The position numbers and the translations under genes are program-made. A stretch of DNA of 64,000 nucleotides from an uncultured Chryseobacterium sp. (GTDB lineage Bacteria > Bacteroidota > Bacteroidia > Flavobacteriales_D > Sanyastnellaceae), in contig CAYSEX010000003.1 of assembly GCA_964430305.1 (NCBI GenBank), positions 3,837-67,836 of the forward strand. Direction: 5' to 3'. Below, piece by piece: positions 8,479-19,154 of this stretch; position 1 is the stretch's first letter, and each line of letters starts with the position of its first letter. The notes below the pieces were generated by a model. The model saw only the letters and a list, made by a program, of their open reading frames with translations, had not been told where the DNA came from and did no database searches.

Positions 8479-8799
8479 ATGTTTCCTTTAATTCTTGTAG
8501 GTCCATTATTTGTAGTTATTTCGCTACTGACATGGCTATTTCCGCCAAAAAAAATCAATGGGCTGTACGGATATAGAACAAGGCGTAGCATGAGCAATCA
8601 AAAGGCTTGGGATGCCGCTCAAAAAATCTCATCTCAAGTCATGTTTGCAGAAGGTGTAATCATGTCTTTTTTTGCAGGTTTGGGGTTTTTATTGAATCTA
8701 TCTGAAGGCTTGGAAATTGGCCTTAGTCTTACCGTTCTTTTATCTGGAATAGTTTTTCTATTTGTTTACACTGAAAAAAAGATCAAAGATTTGAAATAA
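8479..8799 (+). CDS. SdpI/YhfL-like small membrane protein
   Basis: It has three predicted TM helices and the motif PKKINGLYGYRTRRSMSNQKAWDAAQK. The start was moved to the second Met because the first Met (8437) abuts the terminator hairpin. Confidence 0.5.
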   Translation: MFPLILVGPLFVVISLLTWLFPPKKINGLYGYRTRRSMSNQKAWDAAQKISSQVMFAEGVIMSFFAGLGFLLNLSEGLEIGLSLTVLLSGIVFLFVYTEKKIKDLK

Positions 8800-8827
8800 A
8801 AAAGCCAGCATGACTGCTGGCTTTTTC
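8797..8827. terminator. Bidirectional rho-independent terminator between the SdpI-like gene and katG
   Basis: The sequence aaaaaAGCCAGCAtgacTGCTGGCTtttt has an 8-bp stem flanked by A and T runs. Confidence 0.7.
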
Positions 8828-8843
8828 AACCTAACCAAACAAC

Positions 8844-11123
<2,280 letters not shown>

Positions 11124-11128
11124 CTAGG

Positions 11129-11136
11129 CAAACGTA
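11129..11136 (-). promoter_or_regulatory. Candidate -7 box (TAcgTTTG) for katG
   Basis: The reverse complement reads TACGTTTG, about 24 nt upstream of the katG ATG. Confidence 0.35.
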
Positions 11137-11174
11137 TTCAAGTTTCACATATACAAGAAAGTAATTTTAACTAT

Positions 11175-11195
11175 ATCTATATAGATTTTGTCTAT
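11175..11195. promoter_or_regulatory. Palindromic element upstream of katG: a 12-bp palindrome overlapping an ATAG-N7-CTAT unit
   Basis: ATCTATATAGAT (11175..11186) is a perfect 12-bp palindrome. ATAGattttgtCTAT spans 11181..11195. The element sits 70-90 bp upstream of the katG start. Confidence 0.35.
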
Positions 11196-11207
11196 ACCTA
11201 AATGATG

Positions 11208-11423
11208 CTAGTGTTCATGGCAATGAACCTCATAGGTTCCTGTAGAATCAGTATATCCGTTAGCTTCTAAAGCCTCAATGTCATCTCCACATTGTTCGCC
11301 CAATTCCACAATACCATTCAATCCATCGTAGTGGCATTCGTGACATTTGTTTTTACCACAAGAGAGCAGTGCCGACGTCGCAATCATTGCGATTAAGAGA
11401 TAGAATTTCGGGTTGTTTTTCAT
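11208..11423 (-). CDS. 71-aa Cys/His-rich mini-lipoprotein (CXXCH and HCHEH motifs), translationally coupled to the TonB-dependent receptor
   Basis: It has a lipobox (ALLSC). The mature part is CGKNKCHECHYDG...EVHCHEH. Its ATG overlaps the receptor stop codon (ATGA at 11420..11423). Confidence 0.6.
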   Translation of the reverse strand: MKNNPKFYLLIAMIATSALLSCGKNKCHECHYDGLNGIVELGEQCGDDIEALEANGYTDSTGTYEVHCHEH

Positions 11424-13441
11424 TGTTGTTTTGAATTAATGTCGAATTGAAGTGTAAGAAAATATCCTCTTCCCATCATAGGAATGCCCATGCTTTTTAA
11501 TCGAGACAAATGATCAATGTACGTTTGATTGGTCAAGTTTTTAACTCCCAATTTCATTGTGATAAGTTGTGTGTTTTTGAATTCTAATTCAACCGAGGCA
11601 TCTATTGTGTAGTAAGCTGGTGAAACAGTTTCGAAACGAGCAACATTTGTTTGTTTACCGCACCAATTGAATTCCGTGGTGAGTTGATGAATGCGCCATT
11701 TTCGATTCGATTGAAACGTATATTGTATCACTTCTGTACAACGGGGCTGGGGGAGAAGTGCAACTTCTTGAGAGCCATGTGGAAGTATAAGAGAAAAATT
11801 AGTTTCAGTGTGCAGGCCATGTGCAAAGTGCGGGTGGTGATGCAAAGCAACATCAATTCCATAAAATTTTACTTTTTGCGTTTGTTCATAGGTATAAACG
11901 GGCAGTCCAGAAATAATAAAGTCATTCGGATTCAAGAAGATATAATTTCGAAAAATATTGAAAAATGGATTGATCAAAAGCGAGGTGTGTTCGTGATTGA
12001 ATTTTACAGAAAGGTCAAGTTGATTGGCGAATTCGGGTTTTAAATTCATATCGCCAATCTCAAATCGCAAGGCGCCATGGTGAATACCATTGGATAATAA
12101 TTCAGCATAATTCGGAGCACGGTACCCGCTAGAGGTAGACACACGGAATTGGTGTTTTCCAAAATTATAAAGAGCATTCAAGGCATAAGTGCTCGCCTTA
12201 AAGACTCTTTGATATTCAGAAGATATGAAATTCAAATCGGAAGTTTTTAATGTACGCATGTCTGCTCGAGCACCCAATTGAAGAAACCAATTCCGTAAAT
12301 TCCAATCAATTAAACTGTATATGCCTAAATCTAGTGTGTAACCATTTGGAGTCAAAAATTCAGTCGCATTCTCACTGTTTGTATTGAATTGATACATGCT
12401 TTGAATACCGGATATAATTCGTGTTTTCTCATTCATTTTAAACAGCCATTTGGCTTGCATTAATGAATTTGTGAGTTGCAGATCTATACCCGGAATGGTC
12501 CATTTTTCCTCAAATTCACTCAAATTATTTTTCGAATATCCGAGAAGAATTTGAAATTCATTTTTTTTCAAATACCAACGGTTATCGTTCAATAGAAATA
12601 GATTCTGTTGAATTTGCACAGGTATGGTATACCTTCTTTCCCATGTATTGACTTGGAAGAGTAGCGGGTTTATAATAGTGTCATGTGAATGCCCGGGTAA
12701 ACCCACTCTAAAATTGGAGTAAGCTATTTTAATCTGATGCGTACCAAATTTAGAATTGTAGGATAGGCCTCCATTCAAACCGAATTCAGCAAATCGAGAA
12801 TTTTCAAGGAACTTGCCATTAGGAAGCTGATAATCTGCATGATTCCCATAACGCGCCCCGATATGCCATTGGGTTTTGCTTTTTGATTGGGTGTAAAAAA
12901 ATTGATTCACAACTCCTTTGGTATTGGTATTGAGTTGCGATTTAGCTTTTATGCGATAGCTATTTTTACTTGGTTGCTCTTCATCTTTGAAATAAATAAC
13001 ACCGCCTAAAGCGTCTGAACCATAGATTAGACTTGACGGACCTTTAATCACTTCAATACTACCAATGCCCAATTCTGAAAGTCCAAGTCCGTGATCACCT
13101 CCCCATTGTTGCCCTTCCATTCTTAATCCATTCCACACACTCACAATCCGATTTCCTTGCATACCGCGAATGACAGGCCTATAAATACCTGGTCCTGAAC
13201 TGGCCGCATAAACTCCTGGAATTTTTGAAATAGCGTCTCCAAGGTTGAGGGTGGGCGTGGATTGCAGGTCATTCAGCGATTTATATTCAATTTGAATGGG
13301 ATTGGTTTGCTGATTTTTTGAAGTAATTCCTGATACCCGAATTTGATTCAGATATAAGTGAGGTACTGAGTCTGGTTGAGCAAGAATCCAATAAGCAGGT
13401 ATGATAGAAAAGATGAAAAAAAGTAGTAAGCAACGAATCAT
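11420..13441 (-). CDS. TonB-dependent outer-membrane receptor (metal or heme type, with a His-rich loop)
   Basis: It has a plug domain (IEVIKGPSSLIYGSDALGG), a RAP/NLKPE pair with intervening His residues (GYRAPNYAELLSNGIHHGALRFEIGDMNLKPE), a His-rich stretch (ALHHHPHFAHGLH), and a C-terminal beta-barrel ending in an aromatic region. The start was set at M11 (MIRCLLLFF). Confidence 0.85.
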   Translation of the reverse strand: MIRCLLLFFIFSIIPAYWILAQPDSVPHLYLNQIRVSGITSKNQQTNPIQIEYKSLNDLQSTPTLNLGDAISKIPGVYAASSGPGIYRPVIRGMQGNRIVSVWNGLRMEGQQWGGDHGLGLSELGIGSIEVIKGPSSLIYGSDALGGVIYFKDEEQPSKNSYRIKAKSQLNTNTKGVVNQFFYTQSKSKTQWHIGARYGNHADYQLPNGKFLENSRFAEFGLNGGLSYNSKFGTHQIKIAYSNFRVGLPGHSHDTIINPLLFQVNTWERRYTIPVQIQQNLFLLNDNRWYLKKNEFQILLGYSKNNLSEFEEKWTIPGIDLQLTNSLMQAKWLFKMNEKTRIISGIQSMYQFNTNSENATEFLTPNGYTLDLGIYSLIDWNLRNWFLQLGARADMRTLKTSDLNFISSEYQRVFKASTYALNALYNFGKHQFRVSTSSGYRAPNYAELLSNGIHHGALRFEIGDMNLKPEFANQLDLSVKFNHEHTSLLINPFFNIFRNYIFLNPNDFIISGLPVYTYEQTQKVKFYGIDVALHHHPHFAHGLHTETNFSLILPHGSQEVALLPQPRCTEVIQYTFQSNRKWRIHQLTTEFNWCGKQTNVARFETVSPAYYTIDASVELEFKNTQLITMKLGVKNLTNQTYIDHLSRLKSMGIPMMGRGYFLTLQFDINSKQQ

Positions 13442-13449
13442 GAAAATGT

Positions 13450-13510
13450 TATTTTTGCAACTGAATTGCAAATGTAAACGGCAAATACATTAATGCAACA
13501 TAATTGCAAT
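13450..13510. promoter_or_regulatory. Divergent promoter/operator region with two TGCAA-N5-TTGCA palindromes overlapping both -7 boxes
   Basis: TTTGCAActgaaTTGCAAA spans 13454..13472 and TGCAAcataaTTGCA spans 13494..13508. The plus-strand -7 box TAttTTTG lies at 13450..13457. The minus-strand -7 box TAcaTTTG is the reverse complement of 13469..13476. Confidence 0.5.
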
Positions 13511-13519
13511 AAAAAATAT

Positions 13520-13894
13520 ATGAGAAATACCCGAGCGAAACAACTGGTTATTGAAACACTTACTGAAAGTTCAGCAGCATGCACACATGCCTTTGTTTAT
13601 GAGCAGTTAAAGCATGAATGTGATCGGGCAACGGTTTACCGAATTTTAGAAAGATTAACTGAAGAGGGGGTGCTACATAAAGTTGTGAATGTGAACGGTG
13701 TGATTAATTATGCTTTGTGTCAAACATGCGACCACCAGGCTAAGCATACTCACAATCATGTGCATTTCAGTTGTGAATCTTGCTCGGAAGTTACATGTAT
13801 TGATCAAATTGAACCACAAATTCAATTGCCAAAAAAATATCGCATTCACGAAGTGAATTTAACGGTCTCTGGACTTTGCCCAAACTGCAGTTAA
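13520..13894 (+). CDS. Fur-family metalloregulator (Zur/Fur/PerR-like)
   Basis: The recognition helix is RATVYRILERLTEEGVL. Metal-site motifs are CQTC, HTHNHVHFSCESC and CPNC. An alternative start at 13493 would place the second palindrome inside the ORF. Confidence 0.8.
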   Translation: MRNTRAKQLVIETLTESSAACTHAFVYEQLKHECDRATVYRILERLTEEGVLHKVVNVNGVINYALCQTCDHQAKHTHNHVHFSCESCSEVTCIDQIEPQIQLPKKYRIHEVNLTVSGLCPNCS

Positions 13895-14538
13895 GATTTC
13901 TTTTGTGAACGGTAATCATCATGCATGCCTTTCCCCTCAAAAATGAGTGGCATGAATTTTTTAATTCGCTCCGTTCTAGTTTTCGATTGTTTTGCTTGCG
14001 CGAAATGCAATAGGTACCCATTTCTTCTTCCGGGTGTAAGCTTTTCAAATGCCGCTTTGAAGGCAGGCTCTGAATTGAAAATGTGCTCTAATTCTTCAGG
14101 AATTTCATACTCGTCTGTTTTCTTATACAAAACTTTGGATCCTGACTTTTCCAATTCGATGGCCTCGAAAAGCAACATTTTCAGCTCGGCTTCATGCTCT
14201 TGAATTTGAACTACTGACGTAAAGCGAGTTTGTCTGCTTCCTTGAGAATTTTCAGTAGGTTGTATCAACAGCATACTTTTTCCATCCAACAGACTTCCTT
14301 TAAAAAAAGAAAGTCCACAGGTTTCCTTAAATGCATGAAGAATAGCAATGTTTTTATTTTGATATGTATATGTAGGTACTCCCCATTTCACTTGTTCTTC
14401 TAACCCACATGAAAGTGCAATTTTTCTCAGCACTGCTAATTCATTTTTCCAAATTAACATGCGACATAAGGGAGTGCCTACATGCTCACAACGACCGCAA
14501 CCTTCATTTAATATGGCCTCAATTGTTTTTTTCTTCAT
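13891..14538 (-). CDS. YdeI/OmpD-associated family protein (DUF1801-like N-terminus plus YdeI C-terminus)
   Basis: The N-terminal block is KWGVPTYTYQNKNIAILHAFKETCGLSFFKG. The C-terminus is LTPGRRNGYLLHFAQAKQSKTRTERIKK. Confidence 0.6.
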   Translation of the reverse strand: MKKKTIEAILNEGCGRCEHVGTPLCRMLIWKNELAVLRKIALSCGLEEQVKWGVPTYTYQNKNIAILHAFKETCGLSFFKGSLLDGKSMLLIQPTENSQGSRQTRFTSVVQIQEHEAELKMLLFEAIELEKSGSKVLYKKTDEYEIPEELEHIFNSEPAFKAAFEKLTPGRRNGYLLHFAQAKQSKTRTERIKKFMPLIFEGKGMHDDYRSQKKS

Positions 14539-14616
14539 GATGTTTTGGCAAGCTTGTCAATGAAATAATGAATGTCTATTTCGCATTCCTTTTGTAAACC
14601 AATTAACAAATATATT

Positions 14617-15429
14617 ATGAAACCAAAATTTTTTAAAGGATCGTTGAGTGCTGTTATCTTGATGTTGACAGCATTTAACTTCTATGGACAGGGCAATGTG
14701 CAACACGAACCTGAAACTGTTTTAGTCTCGGAAGGAGTCTTTTTTATGGGACGCCCCTTTAATCATCCACAAATCAAAAAAGAAGAAGGCACAGAAGTGT
14801 ATGTATCCACATTTAGAATAGGAAAATTTGAAGTAACCCAGAAAGAGTTTGAAGAAATTATGGAGTACAATCCAAGCGTTTCCGTTTGCGCTACTTGTCC
14901 GGTAAATAATGTCGATTACTATGAAGCTTGGTACTATTGTTATATGCTTTCTGAGAAAACGGGGAAAAAATACCGTTTACCGACTGAAGCAGAATGGGAA
15001 TGGGCAGCCATGGGTGGTGCAATTGGATCAGCTAAACTATTGAACGGATTTGGTGATAAGACGAAATTTGCATGGTATGCTAAGAACTCAAAAGGCATTA
15101 TTCATCCGGTTGGGTTGCTTGAACCGAATTCGTTGGGAATTTATGATATGCTTGGTAACGCGGAAGAAATCACGGGAGACTTATACAACAGATATTATTA
15201 TGTAGCCAATACGAACAATCCAAAAGGTCTATCTAAGGGCAGAAAATGTGTGGTGAAAGGTGGGTGTTACAATACCATGAACGGAGAAGATTATGGCACT
15301 AAAATATACAATGGTGTTGAGTCTTCTTATGCACCCTATTTAGATATTTCATCTCGTGATTTCATTAAAAAGAAAAAAGCAGATTTGTACAATGGATTCA
15401 GAGTAGTTTTGGAAGTTAGCCCGAATTAA
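14617..15429 (+). CDS. Secreted protein with a formylglycine-generating-enzyme (SUMF1/FGE-sulfatase) domain
   Basis: It has FGE-type blocks (FRIGKFEVTQKEF, PVNNVDYYEAWYYC, YRLPTEAEWEWAAMGG, GIYDMLGNAEE, GFRVV) and a signal peptide after the second Met. Confidence 0.75.
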   Translation: MKPKFFKGSLSAVILMLTAFNFYGQGNVQHEPETVLVSEGVFFMGRPFNHPQIKKEEGTEVYVSTFRIGKFEVTQKEFEEIMEYNPSVSVCATCPVNNVDYYEAWYYCYMLSEKTGKKYRLPTEAEWEWAAMGGAIGSAKLLNGFGDKTKFAWYAKNSKGIIHPVGLLEPNSLGIYDMLGNAEEITGDLYNRYYYVANTNNPKGLSKGRKCVVKGGCYNTMNGEDYGTKIYNGVESSYAPYLDISSRDFIKKKKADLYNGFRVVLEVSPN

Positions 15430-15654
15430 GTATATTCGTGCCAACATTCACTCAGTGACTAATCCAGAGAACAAATCACCAGAACAACTTGAATTGGAGC
15501 TTGCAGAAATGAAAGCACAAAAGGAAAAGTTGGAGCGCGAGTTAATTGCTCGTGAAGAACTGATGCAGTCCATGTTTTCATTATTGGCTGAAAAGAAGAA
15601 ATAGTTTTTCCGTTTCAATTTTTTGTTGCATCTTCCGAAAACCAATTCGGAATC

Positions 15655-18633
15655 ATGAGAAAAGTCATTTTACTATCATTCGCGTTAGCTTCATTTACTG
15701 TCTCTGCGCAAAACTCAATTGAACACAGTGCCAATCCGCTCGAGGTTCGGATTTATGAATCAAAGGCCAGTTTCCATAAAGAAAAGCAAATGGAATATTC
15801 CAACGCTTCATCATGGAAGTCTTTTGCAAACAATCACGAGCGGTGGTCTGCTGTTTTTTCAGAATACACAGGTATGCCTGTTAAAGCATTTGGTAAGCCC
15901 TTTCAATTTGCAGGTGAATCGAACGCTGAAACAGCTACAGCCTTTGTGCAAAGCTTGAACAATCAGTTTACAAATGCGAATGTGATTTTGTCATTCAGAA
16001 AAGAAACATCAACCAACAAATACACGCAATTCAATTACGATCAGTATTACAACGGTCATCGTGTTTTATTTTCGAAAGTAAATGTGAAGTTCGTAGGTTC
16101 TAAGATTGCACAGTTCGCATTCGGAGTTTATCCCAACATTGAATTAGGCGAGTTGAATTCAATTGCAGCCTCTCAAGCTTTGGCCAGTGCCACTATAGGA
16201 ACCACAATGCCTGTTGTAGGAAGTGAGGTGAATGATTCTGAAATCTTCATCTTGCCAGTGCCTTCGGCAAACGGTATGACATACCACTACGTGTATGAAG
16301 TGAAATTTCGCACAACCTCGAATCAAAACATTCCAGAACATTATTTATGTTATGTTGATGCTACAAACGGAGAATTATTGTTCAGAAAGAATTTAGTTTC
16401 TCACGCAGGTGGTGGTCCGGTAAAACCTCATCTAGATGAAGAATTGGTTGCAGATGTGCAGGTGAACGGTAATGTATATCTCGATAATCCATACGGTACG
16501 GTTGTCTCTTCAGGTCTTTCCAACATTTATATTACACAAGGAGGTACAGAATATCAAACCAATCTTTCAGGTGGTGGAACAATCAATGCCAATCCTGGAG
16601 CAGCGGTAGTTCGATTGGAAGGCCCTTGGTCTTCGGTGAATACGGATGGTGTTATTCCTCAGAAAAATGTTACTCTTACAGGTGGCCTTAACACCATTGA
16701 TATGACCCCGAATGCGACCATTCAAGAACTTTCCGCTTACTTAAGCGTTAATCGTATTCACGACCATTGCAAATTTTGGATGCCAACTTTCAATGGGATG
16801 GATTTCCAACTTCCAACCAACATAGATCTAACCACTGGTGATTGTAACGCATTTTATGATGGCAGTAGCATTAATTTTTATGCAATTGGTAACGGTTGCA
16901 ACGCCACGAGTTTGATTGCTGATGTGGTTTTTCATGAATACGGCCATGGTATCAACGATAACTATTACCAAAGTCAAAGTAGCTTTTTTATGAATGGCGC
17001 AATAGGTGAGGGGTATGCAGATTACTGGGCAATTTCGCTTGGAGACAACCCTGTTATTGGTGTTGGTTTCTACACAGACAATCAAGACGGAATACGCAGA
17101 TATGATACCGAGCGCAAAGTGTATCCGCAAGATTTAGTTGGTGAGGTACACGCCGACGGAGAAATTATTATGGGAGCATGGTATGATACTCATTTGCTCA
17201 TGGGGGGCGATTGGATTACAACCATGCCTTTGTTTATTGAGGCATACGCAGGTCTGCAAGCGGAAGCCGCCGACGGAAACGAAGGCGAGGCTTTCACTGA
17301 TATTTTATTAGATGTTTTGTTGGCAGATGATGATGATGGTGATATAACCAATGGAACTCCACATGGTTCGGCAATTGTTGAAGGATTTTATTTGCATGGT
17401 ATAACGTTAATCTCGCCCGCCGTATTAAGTCATACCGATGAACTTTTCAGCCCAGCTTTGGAGGTGTTTGATTTGACTGCAGATTTGGATTTGTTCTTTC
17501 CATACACCCAATATTTAGAGTCTGTGAATTGTCATTATCAATTGAATAACGGAACATGGCAAATGACTCCAATGAATTTAGCAAGTGGTAGTTATGTGGC
17601 AAGTTTTCCAGCTCAGCCTGTAGGAACCATATTAAAATATTACTTCACGGCTATAGATAGCAATGGATCTATTGGTTCGGTATTACCAACTGCAGCTCAC
17701 TTACAGAACTTTGCAGCTATTCCATATATACGCTTAATTGGTGTTGATGAAGTGGGCAGACATGACTGCGACAACAACGAAGATTGGGGTACTTGGTCAC
17801 TGGGTGTTGCCGGAGATAATGCAACTACAGGAATTTGGGATTTAGAAATTCCAATTGAATCTGTTACTGTAGATGTATCTCCAGGAACCGTAGTTCAAAC
17901 CGGCACACAAGTTACCCCCGGTGGAGAATACTGCTTCTTTACGGCGAATGATCCCACACAAGGCGGAATTGGTGTTGCCGATGTTGATGGTGGAAAAACA
18001 ACCTTGCAATCAACAACCATTGATTTATCAAGTTATGCGAATCCGATAGTTTCCTATTACAGATGGTATACCAATAGCCCTCCTGGTGGAGCCAATCCTA
18101 ATGCAGACTATTGGCAAGTGAGAATGAGCAACAACAATGGAGCAACATGGACATATGTGGAGAATACCCTAACAAGTGATATGCGTTGGAGACGCAATGC
18201 ATTCCACGTGAGTGACTACATGACCCCAACCAATCAAATGAAATTTCAATTCATTGCAAGCGATTCACTACGCCCGAATGTGAATTTAAATGGAGGTTCG
18301 TTGGTAGAAGCGGCATTGGATGATTTTATTGTCTATGACGATGCAATTATTGGAGTAGAGGAAGCAGCCGCAACTTTAGAAGTTTTATCTGTATTTCCAA
18401 ATCCAACTGCTTCAAACATTAACCTTCAATTTTCTCTGAATACTCCGGCGCAACTTGAATTTATTGTTACAGATGCAACGGGAAGAACGATATATGCAAT
18501 TCCTGCAAAAGAATTTGGAACACATCAGACCAACATCTCCATACCCTGCGAGAAATGGGCAAAAGGAACATATCAAGTTCTTTTACGATCGAATAAAAAG
18601 GTACTAGATTCAATCCCGTTTATTAAAGAATAA
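15655..18633 (+). CDS. Thermolysin-like (M4/M36-type) zinc metalloprotease with a T9SS C-terminal sorting domain
   Basis: It has a signal peptide and HEYGH followed by NGAIGEGYADYW (the HEXXH...GAIxExxxD arrangement seen in thermolysin). The C-terminus (LSVFPNPTASNINLQF...) is a Por-secretion tail. Confidence 0.8.
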   Translation: MRKVILLSFALASFTVSAQNSIEHSANPLEVRIYESKASFHKEKQMEYSNASSWKSFANNHERWSAVFSEYTGMPVKAFGKPFQFAGESNAETATAFVQSLNNQFTNANVILSFRKETSTNKYTQFNYDQYYNGHRVLFSKVNVKFVGSKIAQFAFGVYPNIELGELNSIAASQALASATIGTTMPVVGSEVNDSEIFILPVPSANGMTYHYVYEVKFRTTSNQNIPEHYLCYVDATNGELLFRKNLVSHAGGGPVKPHLDEELVADVQVNGNVYLDNPYGTVVSSGLSNIYITQGGTEYQTNLSGGGTINANPGAAVVRLEGPWSSVNTDGVIPQKNVTLTGGLNTIDMTPNATIQELSAYLSVNRIHDHCKFWMPTFNGMDFQLPTNIDLTTGDCNAFYDGSSINFYAIGNGCNATSLIADVVFHEYGHGINDNYYQSQSSFFMNGAIGEGYADYWAISLGDNPVIGVGFYTDNQDGIRRYDTERKVYPQDLVGEVHADGEIIMGAWYDTHLLMGGDWITTMPLFIEAYAGLQAEAADGNEGEAFTDILLDVLLADDDDGDITNGTPHGSAIVEGFYLHGITLISPAVLSHTDELFSPALEVFDLTADLDLFFPYTQYLESVNCHYQLNNGTWQMTPMNLASGSYVASFPAQPVGTILKYYFTAIDSNGSIGSVLPTAAHLQNFAAIPYIRLIGVDEVGRHDCDNNEDWGTWSLGVAGDNATTGIWDLEIPIESVTVDVSPGTVVQTGTQVTPGGEYCFFTANDPTQGGIGVADVDGGKTTLQSTTIDLSSYANPIVSYYRWYTNSPPGGANPNADYWQVRMSNNNGATWTYVENTLTSDMRWRRNAFHVSDYMTPTNQMKFQFIASDSLRPNVNLNGGSLVEAALDDFIVYDDAIIGVEEAAATLEVLSVFPNPTASNINLQFSLNTPAQLEFIVTDATGRTIYAIPAKEFGTHQTNISIPCEKWAKGTYQVLLRSNKKVLDSIPFIKE

Positions 18634-19154
18634 TGAAAATTAAAATTTTTCTCTTTTCAATCGCTGCTTTATGCAGCGATTGTCTTTTGGCTCAGCAAGA
18701 TCCCATTCTTAATTGGATAGGTCGCTATGAGGGGTCTATGAATATCATGTCAAAGAGGGCGAAAGATGACGCAAGTATTGTGTTAAAACAACAGCTTCCG
18801 GTGGAACTTCTGATTGCAAAGACATCAGATTCAAACACATTGATTTGGAGAATGAGTTATTTTAGTGATAATGGGCGAATGGACAAAGATTATAGACTCA
18901 TACTTCCGAATGATACGCTAACGAAATATCTCATAGATGAACAAGACGGCATACGCATCGATTCTTATTTTTTCAATAACTGTTTAACTTCTTGTTTTCA
19001 GGTGGAAGGGTTAACCATTTGTGATCAATACAGGAAAACAGAAAACGGAATTTTTATGGAGTTGTATGGTGGTTCAATAGTCCAACAAACGGGTGTTTCA
19101 AGTCTCCAAATTGAGTTTGTTCAAAGTGTGGAATTGAATCGAATGAAAGATTAA
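18633..19154 (+). CDS. Hypothetical secreted protein (173 aa)
   Basis: It has a signal peptide (MKIKIFLFSIAALCSDCLLAQ). Its start overlaps the protease stop codon (TAATG). No motif was recognised. Confidence 0.5.
   Translation: MKIKIFLFSIAALCSDCLLAQQDPILNWIGRYEGSMNIMSKRAKDDASIVLKQQLPVELLIAKTSDSNTLIWRMSYFSDNGRMDKDYRLILPNDTLTKYLIDEQDGIRIDSYFFNNCLTSCFQVEGLTICDQYRKTENGIFMELYGGSIVQQTGVSSLQIEFVQSVELNRMKD

Noticed and set aside
11651-12043. A 130-aa plus-strand ORF inside the TonB-dependent receptor gene. The same applies to similar antisense or nested ORFs in the track, for example 3160..3396, 3630..3899, 5630..5962, 9225..9434, 22797..23099, 26753..27094, 36499..36867, 40485..40889, 47854..48171, 58049..58360 and 62925..63155.
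   Set aside because: All of them lie within, and antisense or out of frame to, long ORFs with clear family signatures. Their translations are compositionally odd and carry no recognisable motifs.
15448-15645. A 65-aa minus-strand ORF in the gap between the FGE-domain gene and the protease gene.
   Set aside because: It is low-complexity and Ser/Asn/Phe-rich, and it is exactly antisense to a better-looking coiled-coil ORF on the plus strand. It is most likely a shadow ORF.
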